Below are positions 27,160 to 37,189 of a DNA stretch of 64,000 nucleotides, one piece after another (position 1 is the stretch's first letter; every line of letters starts with the position of its first letter). The translations under genes and the position numbers were made by a program. The notes below the pieces were generated by a model. It did no database searches. It had not been told where the DNA came from and was given only the letters and a program-made list of their open reading frames with translations. Location of the stretch: the sequence record DRR378314_405, one strand, 5' to 3'.

Positions 27160-28905
27160 ATGGGGGGACCAGTGTCAGAGCCTATCACAGAAATTACCAT
27201 TGTCGGGGGCGGTACGGCGGGCTGGCTGACCGCCGCTTTCCTTGTTCGCTACATGAACACCGATAAAAGCGCCGAGCCCACAAAAATCACACTGATTGAA
27301 TCTCCGAACGTGCCCACGATCGGGGTCGGTGAAGCAACTGTGCCGAGCATGTCGGATCTGCTGAGAAGTCTGGGCATTCCGGAGCGGGAATTTTTCCGCC
27401 GCTGCAATGCGTCCTTCAAACTGGGAGTGCGCTTCGTCAACTGGTCCCATGATGAGAAAGGCAAGGGCACGTCCTTCATTCACCCGTTTGATGGCAACTG
27501 CACCCAGCTTGGTGGTCAAAACCCGGCCTATCATTTCCATAAATTTGGCGGCCCGGGTGGCACCCGCAATATTGACGACGTGCTGTCTGCCAGTGTGGGG
27601 GCGATCCGCGCTAAAAAGGGGCCCAAAACCCTGGATCAGGGAGATTACGAGAAGCAGCTCAATTACGCCTACCATCTGGATGCGGGAAAGTTCGCTGAGT
27701 TCCTCCGCGATTTGTCCATTGAACGGGGCGTGAACCATGTACTGGATGATGTGGAGGCGGTTAATCTGGATGAGCGGGGATTTGTCTCCAGCCTAAGCCT
27801 GCAGCGAAACGGCGATCACCCCATCCAGTTAGTGATTGACAGCACCGGATTTAAAGGGGTGATTATCAATGAAGCGCTTGGCGTCAAACGTCAGGATTAC
27901 AGCAAGTATCTGTTGAACAACCGGGCGCTTGCCGTGCAGATCCCGCATGAAGATGTCACGCAAATCGAACCCTGCACCACGTCAACGGCACTGGGCGCGG
28001 GCTGGGTATGGAATGTTCCGCTGTTCAATCGCGTGGGCACAGGATACGTGTTTTCCAGCGATTTCCGCTCCGATGATGAGGCGACGGCCGAATTCCTGGC
28101 GCATTTAGGGCCACGCGGTGAAGGGGCGGAGCCCCGCGCCATTCCTGTTCATATCGGCGGCATGGAAAAAACCTGGGAGAAAAACTGCATCGCCATTGGG
28201 CTGTCTGCGGGTTTCATTGAACCATTGGAATCAACAGCCATCTATATGATTGAAAATTCCATCAAGATGCTGCTGCTGAATTTTCCCGATATGTCTTTTC
28301 CGAGGTCCCTGGCCCGGCGATTTAATGAAACGACAGATCGGATGATGAATTCGATCCGCGATTTTATCGTGCTGCATTACTGCATCAACAACCGCGAGGA
28401 CAGTGACTATTGGCGCGTCGCGCGCGAGGAGATGGAAATTCCCGACAGTCTTGCAGAAATGCTGGAGGAATATCAACATACACTGCCGCTAACCACCCCG
28501 TTTGACCGCACCTTCCTGTTCAACCGGATGAGTTTCGAGACGGTTCTGTTTGCCAAAGATTATTTTAAAGGCACCCATTTTCCAGCCGAGCGGTTTATCC
28601 ACAAAGACCACTGGGTCAAGCGTGTAACCCAACTGAAAAACCGGGAGAAATCCATAATCGCCAAACTGCCGGGTCACTATGAGCTACTCACCGCATTTAG
28701 AGGGGAGGCAACCGCCAAACCGGTCGGGGCACCGGCTAATCCCTATGGAAATATGGCGGCACCCTATTCGGCGCAACCAACGGTCGGGGTACCCATGGGC
28801 GGCCAGCCGACGGTGATGTTTGGCGGACAAAGTGCCAAGCCCACTATCAGTTTCAAACCAAAAGAGAAATCCACCACAGATTTTACAGAGCCGAGCATCC
28901 TTTAG
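27160..28905 (+). CDS. Flavin-dependent (tryptophan halogenase family) halogenase
   Basis: GGGTAG, 'IGVGEATVP', catalytic Lys in 'ASFKLG', WVWNVP, 'FIEPLEST'. Confidence 0.9.
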   Translation: MGGPVSEPITEITIVGGGTAGWLTAAFLVRYMNTDKSAEPTKITLIESPNVPTIGVGEATVPSMSDLLRSLGIPEREFFRRCNASFKLGVRFVNWSHDEKGKGTSFIHPFDGNCTQLGGQNPAYHFHKFGGPGGTRNIDDVLSASVGAIRAKKGPKTLDQGDYEKQLNYAYHLDAGKFAEFLRDLSIERGVNHVLDDVEAVNLDERGFVSSLSLQRNGDHPIQLVIDSTGFKGVIINEALGVKRQDYSKYLLNNRALAVQIPHEDVTQIEPCTTSTALGAGWVWNVPLFNRVGTGYVFSSDFRSDDEATAEFLAHLGPRGEGAEPRAIPVHIGGMEKTWEKNCIAIGLSAGFIEPLESTAIYMIENSIKMLLLNFPDMSFPRSLARRFNETTDRMMNSIRDFIVLHYCINNREDSDYWRVAREEMEIPDSLAEMLEEYQHTLPLTTPFDRTFLFNRMSFETVLFAKDYFKGTHFPAERFIHKDHWVKRVTQLKNREKSIIAKLPGHYELLTAFRGEATAKPVGAPANPYGNMAAPYSAQPTVGVPMGGQPTVMFGGQSAKPTISFKPKEKSTTDFTEPSIL

Positions 28906-28921
28906 CCCAAAAAGTGCAGGA

Positions 28922-29434
28922 TCAACGTTGTTGACGCAGCTTTTGATATTTGCGCAGCAAATTATTGCGCTTCAAGCGGGAGAGATGATCCAAATAGGTT
29001 TGGCCCCTTAAATAATCCATTTCATGTTGGATCACCGTGGCCAGAAATCCATCAGCGGATATTGTCTGCGGGGCACCCGTTTCATCCAGATAGCGCACCT
29101 TGATTTTTGCCGGACGGGTAATCGATGCTGAGATCCCGGGAAAACTGAGGGACGCTTCTTCAAAGGTGTGGGTTTCTGTCGATTGCCACTCAATTTGTGG
29201 ATTAATCATCGCCAAGTGATCGCCTGCACCCCCATCCTTCATATCAATGACGATGATCTGCTGCGTCAGGCCGACCATGTTGGCACCGATCCCGATCCCC
29301 TTTTCCGCCGCAAGAATCTCAAACATCTGGCGAATATAATCTCGGGTTTCATCGGTAACCTTTGAAACCGGCGCCGCTTTTTGGCGAAAGACGGGATGCG
29401 GTGCAATGACCAGAGCAAGCTTTGGGGGTGTCAT
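28922..29434 (-). CDS. Peptide deformylase-like protein with a degenerate metal site
   Basis: PDF motifs altered: GIGIGANM (vs GxGxAAxQ), EASLS (vs EGCLS), QHEMDYL (vs HExDH). Confidence 0.85.
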   Translation of the reverse strand: MTPPKLALVIAPHPVFRQKAAPVSKVTDETRDYIRQMFEILAAEKGIGIGANMVGLTQQIIVIDMKDGGAGDHLAMINPQIEWQSTETHTFEEASLSFPGISASITRPAKIKVRYLDETGAPQTISADGFLATVIQHEMDYLRGQTYLDHLSRLKRNNLLRKYQKLRQQR

Positions 29435-29437
29435 GCG

Positions 29438-30091
29438 CTAAACCGCAAAGCTCAGCTTGATCCCATCCACAATATACTGAATGGCAAGCGCACCCAGAAT
29501 GACCCCGAGAACCCGGGAGACGATCTGTGTAAAAGTGACGCCCATCAGTTTTTCAAGCCGGGGTGCCAGCAGGAATAAAACAAAAGTCATCAGCAGAACA
29601 AAGGCCAAAACCACCAGTACGGTTCCCTGATGCACGATATTGTCGCGGTTGGCACTGATCAGCAGCATGATCGATGATATGGCACCCGGCCCGGAAATCA
29701 GCGGAATAGAGAGCGGGAAAACAGACACATCATCAAACTGATCATGGGTCTTTATTTCATCATGCATGGATTCTGCACTGCTTTCCCGTCGCTTGCTGCG
29801 CTTATCAAACACCATTTCCAAAGCCATTAGAAAAAGCATCGCCCCACCAGCGATCCGAAAGGAGGGCAAGCTCACCCCTAAAAGTCCCAGAAACTTGTCA
29901 CCAAGCAACGCAAAAAACAATAACATCGCCCCCCCGATCAGCGTTCCCTTGATCGCCATTTTGCGTTGATGGGCGCGGGTGGACCCTTTGGTCAGGCTGA
30001 TAAAAATGGGGAGCAACCCCAAAGGGTCGATAATCACAAAAAGAGTAACGAACGCGGTCAGCGCGACATCCAAAACGGCTGGCGTGATCAT
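29438..30091 (-). CDS. MarC-family integral membrane protein
   Basis: 'LFVIIDPLG', 'FRIAGG', 'PLSIPLISGPG'. Confidence 0.92.
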   Translation of the reverse strand: MITPAVLDVALTAFVTLFVIIDPLGLLPIFISLTKGSTRAHQRKMAIKGTLIGGAMLLFFALLGDKFLGLLGVSLPSFRIAGGAMLFLMALEMVFDKRSKRRESSAESMHDEIKTHDQFDDVSVFPLSIPLISGPGAISSIMLLISANRDNIVHQGTVLVVLAFVLLMTFVLFLLAPRLEKLMGVTFTQIVSRVLGVILGALAIQYIVDGIKLSFAV

Positions 30092-30133
30092 ATGAACGCC
30101 TCCTAACGGCTTAAGCAGAGATCAATCCCAATT

Positions 30134-31072
30134 TCAGATTGACCCTACCATCCAGTCCGGACGAATACCACTTTTGTCGATATACAGCGTTGGATCCAGC
30201 CCCTTGAACAGGCCATGATCGGTGACAAGTGCGGTTTTCCAACCCCGCGCCGCGCCGCCAAGCACATCGGTATGCAAGGTATCCCCGACCATACAGATCC
30301 GATCTAGCGGGATCCCGGATCCTTCCAGCCGATCTTCCACCAGTTCATAAACCGAAGGGAAAGGTTTGCCATGAAAATGCACATCAACCCCGTATAACCG
30401 GTCAAGCCGATGCCCAAAATATCCCGGCTCCACTGAGAAATAGCTGCCCCGGGGTGCGACAATATCCGGATTGGCAATTACCACAGGGCGCGGATTTTGC
30501 TGCAAAGAGGCTTCCAGTAAGGCCTGCCGCTTTTCCGTCCAGTTCTGCACGGATAAAAACAGAAAGGCCGATACATTTTCATATATTTCCGGATCGTCCG
30601 CAATTTCCAGCGTCTGATGCTCCAGATCCTGATCGGAGAACGTGTCTGTTGCGGCAACGCCCCAGCAATGCTCTGGCCCGAAACTGCCAAGATCCAGCTC
30701 AGCCGCATGACGGCTGGTAATCAGTTCGTCAGGGACAAAATCAAACCCAAGTTTTTTGAATTTTGCGTCTGTCTCCGCCCGATTGAAACTGGCCGCGTTG
30801 GTCAGCACAAAAACCTTTTTCCCGCGTTGACGCAACGCCTTGATACAGTCGTCAGCGCCAGGGATCGGCTGCGATCCCACATTCAGCACGCCAAAGGCAT
30901 CAAAAACAAACGCATCAATGTCGTCCGCAACGTCCAAAAGAGTGGCATGGCGGACTGTTTGCGCCGGATGGGATGCCGCAGGCAGACGGGTCTTGACCGC
31001 TTCGTATAACGTGAAAGCCTGTTCCCCATCCAAAGAGGGAAACAGATCTTCAAACAGATTAGATGATTGCAC
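30134..31072 (-). CDS. HAD-superfamily subfamily IIA hydrolase
   Basis: 'FVFDAFGVL', 'LTNAA', 'ANPD', 'GKP', 'MVGDTLHTDVLG'. Confidence 0.9.
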   Translation of the reverse strand: MQSSNLFEDLFPSLDGEQAFTLYEAVKTRLPAASHPAQTVRHATLLDVADDIDAFVFDAFGVLNVGSQPIPGADDCIKALRQRGKKVFVLTNAASFNRAETDAKFKKLGFDFVPDELITSRHAAELDLGSFGPEHCWGVAATDTFSDQDLEHQTLEIADDPEIYENVSAFLFLSVQNWTEKRQALLEASLQQNPRPVVIANPDIVAPRGSYFSVEPGYFGHRLDRLYGVDVHFHGKPFPSVYELVEDRLEGSGIPLDRICMVGDTLHTDVLGGAARGWKTALVTDHGLFKGLDPTLYIDKSGIRPDWMVGSI

Positions 31073-31877
31073 CGCGCACCTTTGCAGAAACCCACTCGCC
31101 GATCACGACAGCCACCAGGATCACGATCAGGATCAGGGCAACCTGTGGCCAGGCCAGAACATTCAATGAGGATTGCAGTTGTAAGCCAATACCGCCCGCG
31201 CCGACAAGGCCCAGAACCGTTGATTCGCGAATATTAATGTCCCACCGAAACACGGAAATCCCGGCGAAGGCAGGCAGCACCTGCGGCACAATACCATATA
31301 CCATCACCTGCCAACGAGAGGCTCCGGTCGCCGAGATTGCCTCGATCTGTTTGGGATCGATTTCTTCAATCGCCTCATAGAGAAGCTTGGCACAAAACCC
31401 GATGGAGCGAATGGCAATGGCCATCAGCCCGGCGACCACGCCGGGTCCGATAATAGAGACCAGTAACAGCGCCCAGATCAGCGAATTGATAGAACGGGTA
31501 GAGACAATAATGATCAGGGCAATAGGCCGAATAAACAGTTTGCTGGGGGTCGTATTGCTGGCCGCCAGAAAAGCCACCGGAACCGCCATCACAAGCGCTA
31601 ATAAAGTTCCCAGTGTTGCGATATTCAGGGTATCCCAAATGGGCTCCCACAGCTCATTTATATATTCCCAGCGCGGCGGAAAGGCCCGCCCACCAATGTC
31701 GGCCGCAATGCGCGGCGCATCCCAGACGAAATACCAGGTCGTGGATTTTGAAATCTCTGCCCAGCACCACATAAAGGCCGCAACGGTTACCAGATAGGCG
31801 AACCAGCGGATCAGGGTTTCATTGCGGTTTCGCAGTTGCCAGATTTTCTGACCGGTCGAGGTTTCGGTAACTGGCAT
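31059..31877 (-). CDS. phnE: Phosphonate/organophosphate ABC permease
   Basis: '[21 protein letters not shown]'. Confidence 0.9.
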   Translation of the reverse strand: MPVTETSTGQKIWQLRNRNETLIRWFAYLVTVAAFMWCWAEISKSTTWYFVWDAPRIAADIGGRAFPPRWEYINELWEPIWDTLNIATLGTLLALVMAVPVAFLAASNTTPSKLFIRPIALIIIVSTRSINSLIWALLLVSIIGPGVVAGLMAIAIRSIGFCAKLLYEAIEEIDPKQIEAISATGASRWQVMVYGIVPQVLPAFAGISVFRWDINIRESTVLGLVGAGGIGLQLQSSLNVLAWPQVALILIVILVAVVIGEWVSAKVRGAII

Positions 31878-32692
31878 TACTGTACCCGCTTTCTGATGAT
31901 GCCGGAGAGGTATTCCAGAACCATCACCGTTCCAATAATAATCAACAAAATAGCCGCCGCCGTATCAAACTCATAGCGATCGAATGCGGTATTCAAAGTC
32001 GCCCCGATACCGCCCGCACCGACAAGCCCCAAAACCGCAGATTCCCGAAAATTAATATCCAGACGGTAGATGGAAAGCCCCACAAGACGTGGCATCACCT
32101 GCGGCTGAACGCCGTAATTAATCCATTGCATCCAGGTTGCCCCGGTGGATTTGACAGCCTCCGCCTGAGCGCGGGACATATCTTCAATATCCTCAGCCAT
32201 CAATTTGGCAAGGAAACCGATGGTCGCAAAGCTGAGGGTGATAAAACCTGCCAGCGGGCCAAAGCCAAAAATAGCCACCATCAGGATCGCCACAATAATT
32301 TCATTCAGCGCCCGCGAGAGGGCAACAATACCCCGGCAGACCAGATAAACCGGCAAGGGCGCAATATTCCGTGCCGCCCCCAGTCCAATGGGAATAGAGA
32401 TGATGATCCCGACGATGGTCGAGGTGATCGTCATGATCACACTTTCGATCAACCCGTCGCGAATATCTGTCCCCCGGGAAATGAAATCCGGTGATGCGAA
32501 CGCAGCGATAAAATTCCAGCCACGGATCAAACCTTCACTAACCCGCGCCCAGTTAACCTCCAGCGATCCGGTGGCCAGCCCAATATAGACCAGCGAGCCA
32601 ATAATCAGGCCCCAGCGCAGCACCGGGTTTTTGATAAAATGCGGTTGTTTCCAGGGCTTACCCAGCCGCATATCGAGCGTGACGTCACTCAT
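31877..32692 (-). CDS. phnE: Phosphonate/organophosphate ABC permease
   Basis: '[21 protein letters not shown]'. Confidence 0.9.
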   Translation of the reverse strand: MSDVTLDMRLGKPWKQPHFIKNPVLRWGLIIGSLVYIGLATGSLEVNWARVSEGLIRGWNFIAAFASPDFISRGTDIRDGLIESVIMTITSTIVGIIISIPIGLGAARNIAPLPVYLVCRGIVALSRALNEIIVAILMVAIFGFGPLAGFITLSFATIGFLAKLMAEDIEDMSRAQAEAVKSTGATWMQWINYGVQPQVMPRLVGLSIYRLDINFRESAVLGLVGAGGIGATLNTAFDRYEFDTAAAILLIIIGTVMVLEYLSGIIRKRVQ

Positions 32693-33486
32693 ACAGCGGC
32701 CTCGTCCAACTGGTCTTCGTCATCCACCTTTTCAATAGTGGCTTCCCAGTCTTCTTCTCCGTAGATGCGGGTCAATACATCTGGTGTCAGTTCGTCGGGA
32801 GAGCCGTCAAACTGCAATTCTCCCAGCTTCAGACCGATGACCCTTTGCACAAACATTTTGGCCAGCGCCACATCATGAATATTGATAATCGCGGCAAGCT
32901 CCCGCTCGGCGCAAAGTTCACAAATCAGGCGCATGATCTGACGGGATGTTTTCGGATCGAGAGAGGCGGTGGGTTCGTCAACCAGCAGCAGTTCTGGATC
33001 CTGCATCAGGGCACGGGCAATCCCGACCCGCTGCCGCTGACCTCCGGAAAGCTCATCTGCGCGTTTATCCGCCATCGCCAACAGACCAACCCGATCCAGA
33101 AGGCGAAACGCCTCATCAATATCTTTTTGAGGATATTTGCGAAGCAGGCTCCGCCAGAACCCGACATATCCAAGACGGCCGGAGAGAACATTTTCCATCA
33201 CCGTCAGGCGCTCCACCAGGGCGTATTCCTGGAAAATCATGCCCATTTTCCGGCGCGCTGCGCGAAGGCCGCCACTGCCCAGTGCCGTGATATTCATACC
33301 GCTGAGAACGGCATGGCCGCTTGTTGGTTCAACCAACCGATTGATACAGCGGATCAGGGTACTTTTACCCGCGCCGGAAGGACCGATCAGTGCGATCACC
33401 TGACCTTTGGGGATTTCCATACTGACAGCGTTCAGGGCCAGATCCCCGGTTGGGTATCTTTTGGTCAGTTTTTCGATTTGAAGCAT
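32689..33486 (-). CDS. phnC: Phosphonate ABC ATP-binding protein
   Basis: GPSGAGKS, 'ENVLSGRLG', 'DEPTASLDP'. Confidence 0.92.
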   Translation of the reverse strand: MLQIEKLTKRYPTGDLALNAVSMEIPKGQVIALIGPSGAGKSTLIRCINRLVEPTSGHAVLSGMNITALGSGGLRAARRKMGMIFQEYALVERLTVMENVLSGRLGYVGFWRSLLRKYPQKDIDEAFRLLDRVGLLAMADKRADELSGGQRQRVGIARALMQDPELLLVDEPTASLDPKTSRQIMRLICELCAERELAAIINIHDVALAKMFVQRVIGLKLGELQFDGSPDELTPDVLTRIYGEEDWEATIEKVDDEDQLDEAAV

Positions 33487-33515
33487 AATTACCTACACCA
33501 GGCACAAAATAAAAA

Positions 33516-33543
33516 ATGCCGCAGGAACGAACTCCTGCGGCAT
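33516..33543 (-). terminator. Intercistronic hairpin / partial terminator after phnD
   Basis: ATGCCGCAGGA-N6-TCCTGCGGCAT followed by a U-tract on the minus strand. Confidence 0.7.
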
Positions 33544-33554
33544 ATATTCACGAC

Positions 33555-34529
33555 TTATTTACAGGTGTATTTGACACCATTTGCAGTATCGATTTTGCGG
33601 ATCACATCCCAAAATTCCTTGTAAGTCATTTTCAGGAACTGACCTTCGTTGGATTTTTCGAACTCTTCCTGTAGGGAGGTTCCTTCCCACTCGAAGGAGA
33701 AGAAAGCCTCTTCGATCTTCGCTTTAAGTTCTGGCTTCAGGTTGTAGACAACGCCAAAACCGGTTGTTGGGAAAGTCTGTGATTTATAGATGGATTTAAC
33801 CTGATCGGCCTTGATCACATCGCGTTTAATCATCCGGTTCATCACAGAGTTCGCGATGGACGCGGCTTTATAATCTTTATTGGCAACGCCCAGAATGGAG
33901 TTGTCATGCTTACCGGAGAAAGCAGGTTCAAAATCCCGTTCCGGGATCATGTTAAAGTCCGCTTTCAGGATCGCAGATGGCGCCTTGAAGCCGGAATTTG
34001 AAGTTGGTGATGTAAAGGCAAGCTGTTGCCCTTTAATATCTTCAACTTTTTCAATTCCGCTGCCTGGATAGGTGATGATTTCCATCTCATATCCAAAATT
34101 GCCGTCCTTGGACGCCATAATGGTAAAGGGGTTGAAACCCGCACAGTTCACAGCAAGAGGATTTGAGCCGGTGTTAAAACCAGCAATATGCAGACGGCCA
34201 GAACGCATGGCTTCGATTTGCGCTGCGTTGCTCTGGACCGGGAAGAAAACGACACTTTTGCCGGTGACCTCTTCCAAATGTGTCAGGAAATCGCTCCACG
34301 CTTCTTTATACACAGCAGGATCTTCCACTGGTGTGTAAGCAAACACAAGTGTATCCGGATCCAGTTGCTGAGATGGGTCCGTTGGCGTATCTGCCACAAG
34401 GTCACCGTCACGATCGCAGAACCGTGCATCCAGCGTACCCCGTGGGCATTCTTCTGCTACGGCAGCGCCGGCCATAAAGGATGAAGCAATTAAAGCGCCC
34501 GCGGCGCCCATCAGAATTTTACCGAGCAT
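33555..34529 (-). CDS. phnD: Phosphate/phosphite/phosphonate-type substrate-binding protein
   Basis: Signal peptide; 'FTSPTSNSGFKAP', 'GKHDNS'; first gene of phnDCEE. Confidence 0.88.
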   Translation of the reverse strand: MLGKILMGAAGALIASSFMAGAAVAEECPRGTLDARFCDRDGDLVADTPTDPSQQLDPDTLVFAYTPVEDPAVYKEAWSDFLTHLEEVTGKSVVFFPVQSNAAQIEAMRSGRLHIAGFNTGSNPLAVNCAGFNPFTIMASKDGNFGYEMEIITYPGSGIEKVEDIKGQQLAFTSPTSNSGFKAPSAILKADFNMIPERDFEPAFSGKHDNSILGVANKDYKAASIANSVMNRMIKRDVIKADQVKSIYKSQTFPTTGFGVVYNLKPELKAKIEEAFFSFEWEGTSLQEEFEKSNEGQFLKMTYKEFWDVIRKIDTANGVKYTCK

Positions 34530-34583
34530 AGTTTGTCCTCCAACATTTCGATATGTTTCGAAATTTCAAATTATTTTCGATTT

Positions 34584-34601
34584 ATGACAATCACATTACA
34601 C
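34584..34601 (-). promoter_or_regulatory. Pho box (PhoB site)
   Basis: Minus strand GTGTAAT-GTGA-TTGTCAT, two CTGTCAT-like repeats at 11-bp period upstream of phnD. Confidence 0.6.
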
Positions 34602-34694
34602 AGAGAAAATAAAACGACAAGTATTTTGTGTTACACTGAATTGGTGTGAAAGAGTAGCCCAAATATCATGAGAAATACAACTCATCGGGAGAAT

Positions 34695-35717
34695 ATGAAA
34701 AAACTAATAAAATCAGATGGAAGTCTTCCTTTTGGATTCTTAAGTTCACCCGCGGGATTGATCAATTTTCAAGATTATCCCCTTCGCGATCCGTTTCGAA
34801 ATCTCTTACCCCCATCGGAACGGGAAAAGCGCTTCGTTCATTTTCATTTTATCGGTTTCACAAATAGCGATTTTATCGGCGGTTGCTCTCTCTCGCTGGT
34901 TGGAACTGAAAAAACCGCTTTCTTCTATCTTTTTAACCGCAGGGATCAAAAGCTTTCCAAAAAAGGGCTGCGCCTTAGCGGTGCGGATGAAGGGCGGATT
35001 ACACTCGATCCGGACAGTGGTGTTTCAGCCTTATCGCGGCCCGGTTTTGCCGTTGAGTTTTCTGCGGATCACCAGAGCGCCACCAAGTCCCTCACCATCC
35101 AAGCCGGGGATGATCTGTCTCTTGATCTGCGGTTCAGTGACACAAAAGAGGCGTTTGAGACATTAAGACTGGTGACCCCAACCGGGCCAAATGGCTGGAC
35201 CTATTGCCAGAAAGTGGCTGGCATTCAGGCGTATGGAACGCTTGTCTTCAACGGACGAAGCATTGATCTTGCCGAAAGCGCAACAACGGCACATCATGAC
35301 TTCACAGCAGGCTTTCTGCGCCCCGACACCTTTTGGAACTGGGCATGTATCACCGGATTTGACCCGGCCGGCGATCTCATTGGGCTGAACGTGTCCAATG
35401 GTGTGAATGAAACAGGCTGGTCAGAGAACCGGATCTGGATCAACGGACAAAGTCATGAGCTTGACCTATTTTCCTTCTCCTATGATCCGGATGATCTTGA
35501 AAAACCCTGGAAGATCCTCTCGGACAACGGCTCTGAACTCATCTTCACATCAGAGGGAAAATATGCAGCCTTCAATGATCAAATTCCAACCGGCTTCGAT
35601 TTTCATCAATTATTCGGAACTTTTTGCGGTGTGATCAAAACCCGCCAAGGCACAGAAATCCACCTCCAGAATTTACCTGGATTTTGCGAAAGGCAGTATG
35701 CCGTTTGGTGGGCGTGA
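34695..35717 (+). CDS. DUF2804-family protein
   Basis: 'WTYCQK', 'DFTAGFL...TFWNW', 'GLN...GVNETG.SEN..W'. Confidence 0.7.
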   Translation: MKKLIKSDGSLPFGFLSSPAGLINFQDYPLRDPFRNLLPPSEREKRFVHFHFIGFTNSDFIGGCSLSLVGTEKTAFFYLFNRRDQKLSKKGLRLSGADEGRITLDPDSGVSALSRPGFAVEFSADHQSATKSLTIQAGDDLSLDLRFSDTKEAFETLRLVTPTGPNGWTYCQKVAGIQAYGTLVFNGRSIDLAESATTAHHDFTAGFLRPDTFWNWACITGFDPAGDLIGLNVSNGVNETGWSENRIWINGQSHELDLFSFSYDPDDLEKPWKILSDNGSELIFTSEGKYAAFNDQIPTGFDFHQLFGTFCGVIKTRQGTEIHLQNLPGFCERQYAVWWA

Positions 35718-35786
35718 AACGAACTCGCTGGACAGACTGATATTTTTCAGGGAACATTAGGCCAATAATAAAAATAAGGAATTTCT

Positions 35787-36719
35787 GTGCCAATCCCAGA
35801 AGCAATCCGAAGCAACAGAAAGTTGCAGGGCGTCCTTTGGATGATCTTAGCGACCCTGTTTTTTGTCGCTATGACCAGCGTCATTCGCTATCTCGGCTCC
35901 AATATCCCCAGCATTCAGGCCGCCTTTATCCGGTATGTGTTCGCAGTTATCATGACGATCCCGATCCTGATCCGTTACTGGCCGTTCAAATTATCCGCAA
36001 AAACACTGCAACTTTATTCCGCCAGGGCCATTGTCCATGCCGTTGGGGTCATGCTGTGGTTCTATGCCATGGCACGTATTCCCGTCGCAGAAGTCACTGC
36101 GATCGGGTATGCATCGCCGATTTTTGTGGCAATCGGGGCGGGGCTGTTCCTCGGAGAAAAACTTCGGGCACGTCGGATCATGGGTATTGTTTTCGGTTTT
36201 ATCGGAACACTTGTCATTCTAAGGCCCGGCTTTCAGGAACTGAACCTGGGACAGTTGGCGCAGCTTTCAGCAACCCCGCTGTTTGCGATTTCCTTTATTC
36301 TCGCCAAAAAACTGACCCATACCGAAAAATCCGTTGTCATTGTCAGTTTCCTGTCCATCGGATGTACCCTTGCGCTTCTGCCTGGCGCCCTTTACCAGTG
36401 GCAAAACCCAACCCTGGAAGAATTATTCTGGCTGCTACTGACAGCCATTTTTGCAACCGCAGGCCATTATGCCATGACCCGGGCCATTGAAGCGGCGCCC
36501 CTGACAGTGACGCAGCCGCTTGGTTTTTTGCAACTGATCTGGGCGATCATTGTTGGGTATGTGCTGTTTGGCGAAGAGGTCGATCATTTCGTCCTTTTGG
36601 GCGGCGCGATTGTGGTTGCATCAACGACCTATATTTCCCACAGGGAATTAAGATCAAGTCAGGCCGCACGCGACGAATATCTGAAAAAAGGAAAGTTTCC
36701 GGGCGGAACCCACGAGTAA
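35787..36719 (+). CDS. DMT/EamA-family transporter
   Basis: About 10 TM segments; 'LFLGEK', 'VILRPG'. Confidence 0.9.
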   Translation: MPIPEAIRSNRKLQGVLWMILATLFFVAMTSVIRYLGSNIPSIQAAFIRYVFAVIMTIPILIRYWPFKLSAKTLQLYSARAIVHAVGVMLWFYAMARIPVAEVTAIGYASPIFVAIGAGLFLGEKLRARRIMGIVFGFIGTLVILRPGFQELNLGQLAQLSATPLFAISFILAKKLTHTEKSVVIVSFLSIGCTLALLPGALYQWQNPTLEELFWLLLTAIFATAGHYAMTRAIEAAPLTVTQPLGFLQLIWAIIVGYVLFGEEVDHFVLLGGAIVVASTTYISHRELRSSQAARDEYLKKGKFPGGTHE

Positions 36720-36748
36720 CAGCCCATTGGTTGCATTGAATCCCATTA

Positions 36749-36850
36749 CAATCAAAGACCGCCAAGGGTACCAGCGTAGTTGCGACCTCTCCTCCTCCGG
36801 TAGAGTCTTTGGTTGGATTGCGCCCCGGCAAAAGTCAGAACAATCCAATC
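36749..36850 (+). ncRNA. Candidate structured sRNA with a CCUCCUCC loop
   Basis: CAATCAAAGAC/GTCTTTGGTTG helix, hairpin exposing CCTCCTCC, TTGGATTG/CAATCCAA hairpin. Confidence 0.35.
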
Positions 36851-36933
36851 GTCTATTGCGGCAAATCAATGCCGCGCCCGTCACATTAGAGTGAGATGGA
36901 ACCGTCGATTTTTAAATATGGATGGTGAAGATA

Positions 36934-37164
36934 ATGACACATGTACCGCACGAGTTAGCTGAAGAATTTCCAGAAGCAAAAGAGAAGATCCAGACCCTTA
37001 ATCAAAGCGATCAGCATTTCGCCAAGCTGACCGAGGAATATCATCAGCTCAACCGTCAGATCCACCGACACGAAACCAATGTGGAGCCGGTCGAAGAAGG
37101 ATTTGAAAAGCAGCTGCGCCGGCAACGGCTAGCGCTTCTGGATGAGATTAAAACCTACCTCTGA
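36934..37164 (+). CDS. DUF465/YdcH-family protein
   Basis: 'HVPHELAEEFP', 'HF.KL.EEYH', 'LRRQRLALLDEI'. Confidence 0.88.
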   Translation: MTHVPHELAEEFPEAKEKIQTLNQSDQHFAKLTEEYHQLNRQIHRHETNVEPVEEGFEKQLRRQRLALLDEIKTYL

Positions 37165-37189
37165 TCAGCGATCGATACAGTCCAGCATT

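Noticed and set aside
32845-33624. 259-aa plus-strand ORF
   Set aside because: Typical antisense shadow of an ABC ATPase (phnC)
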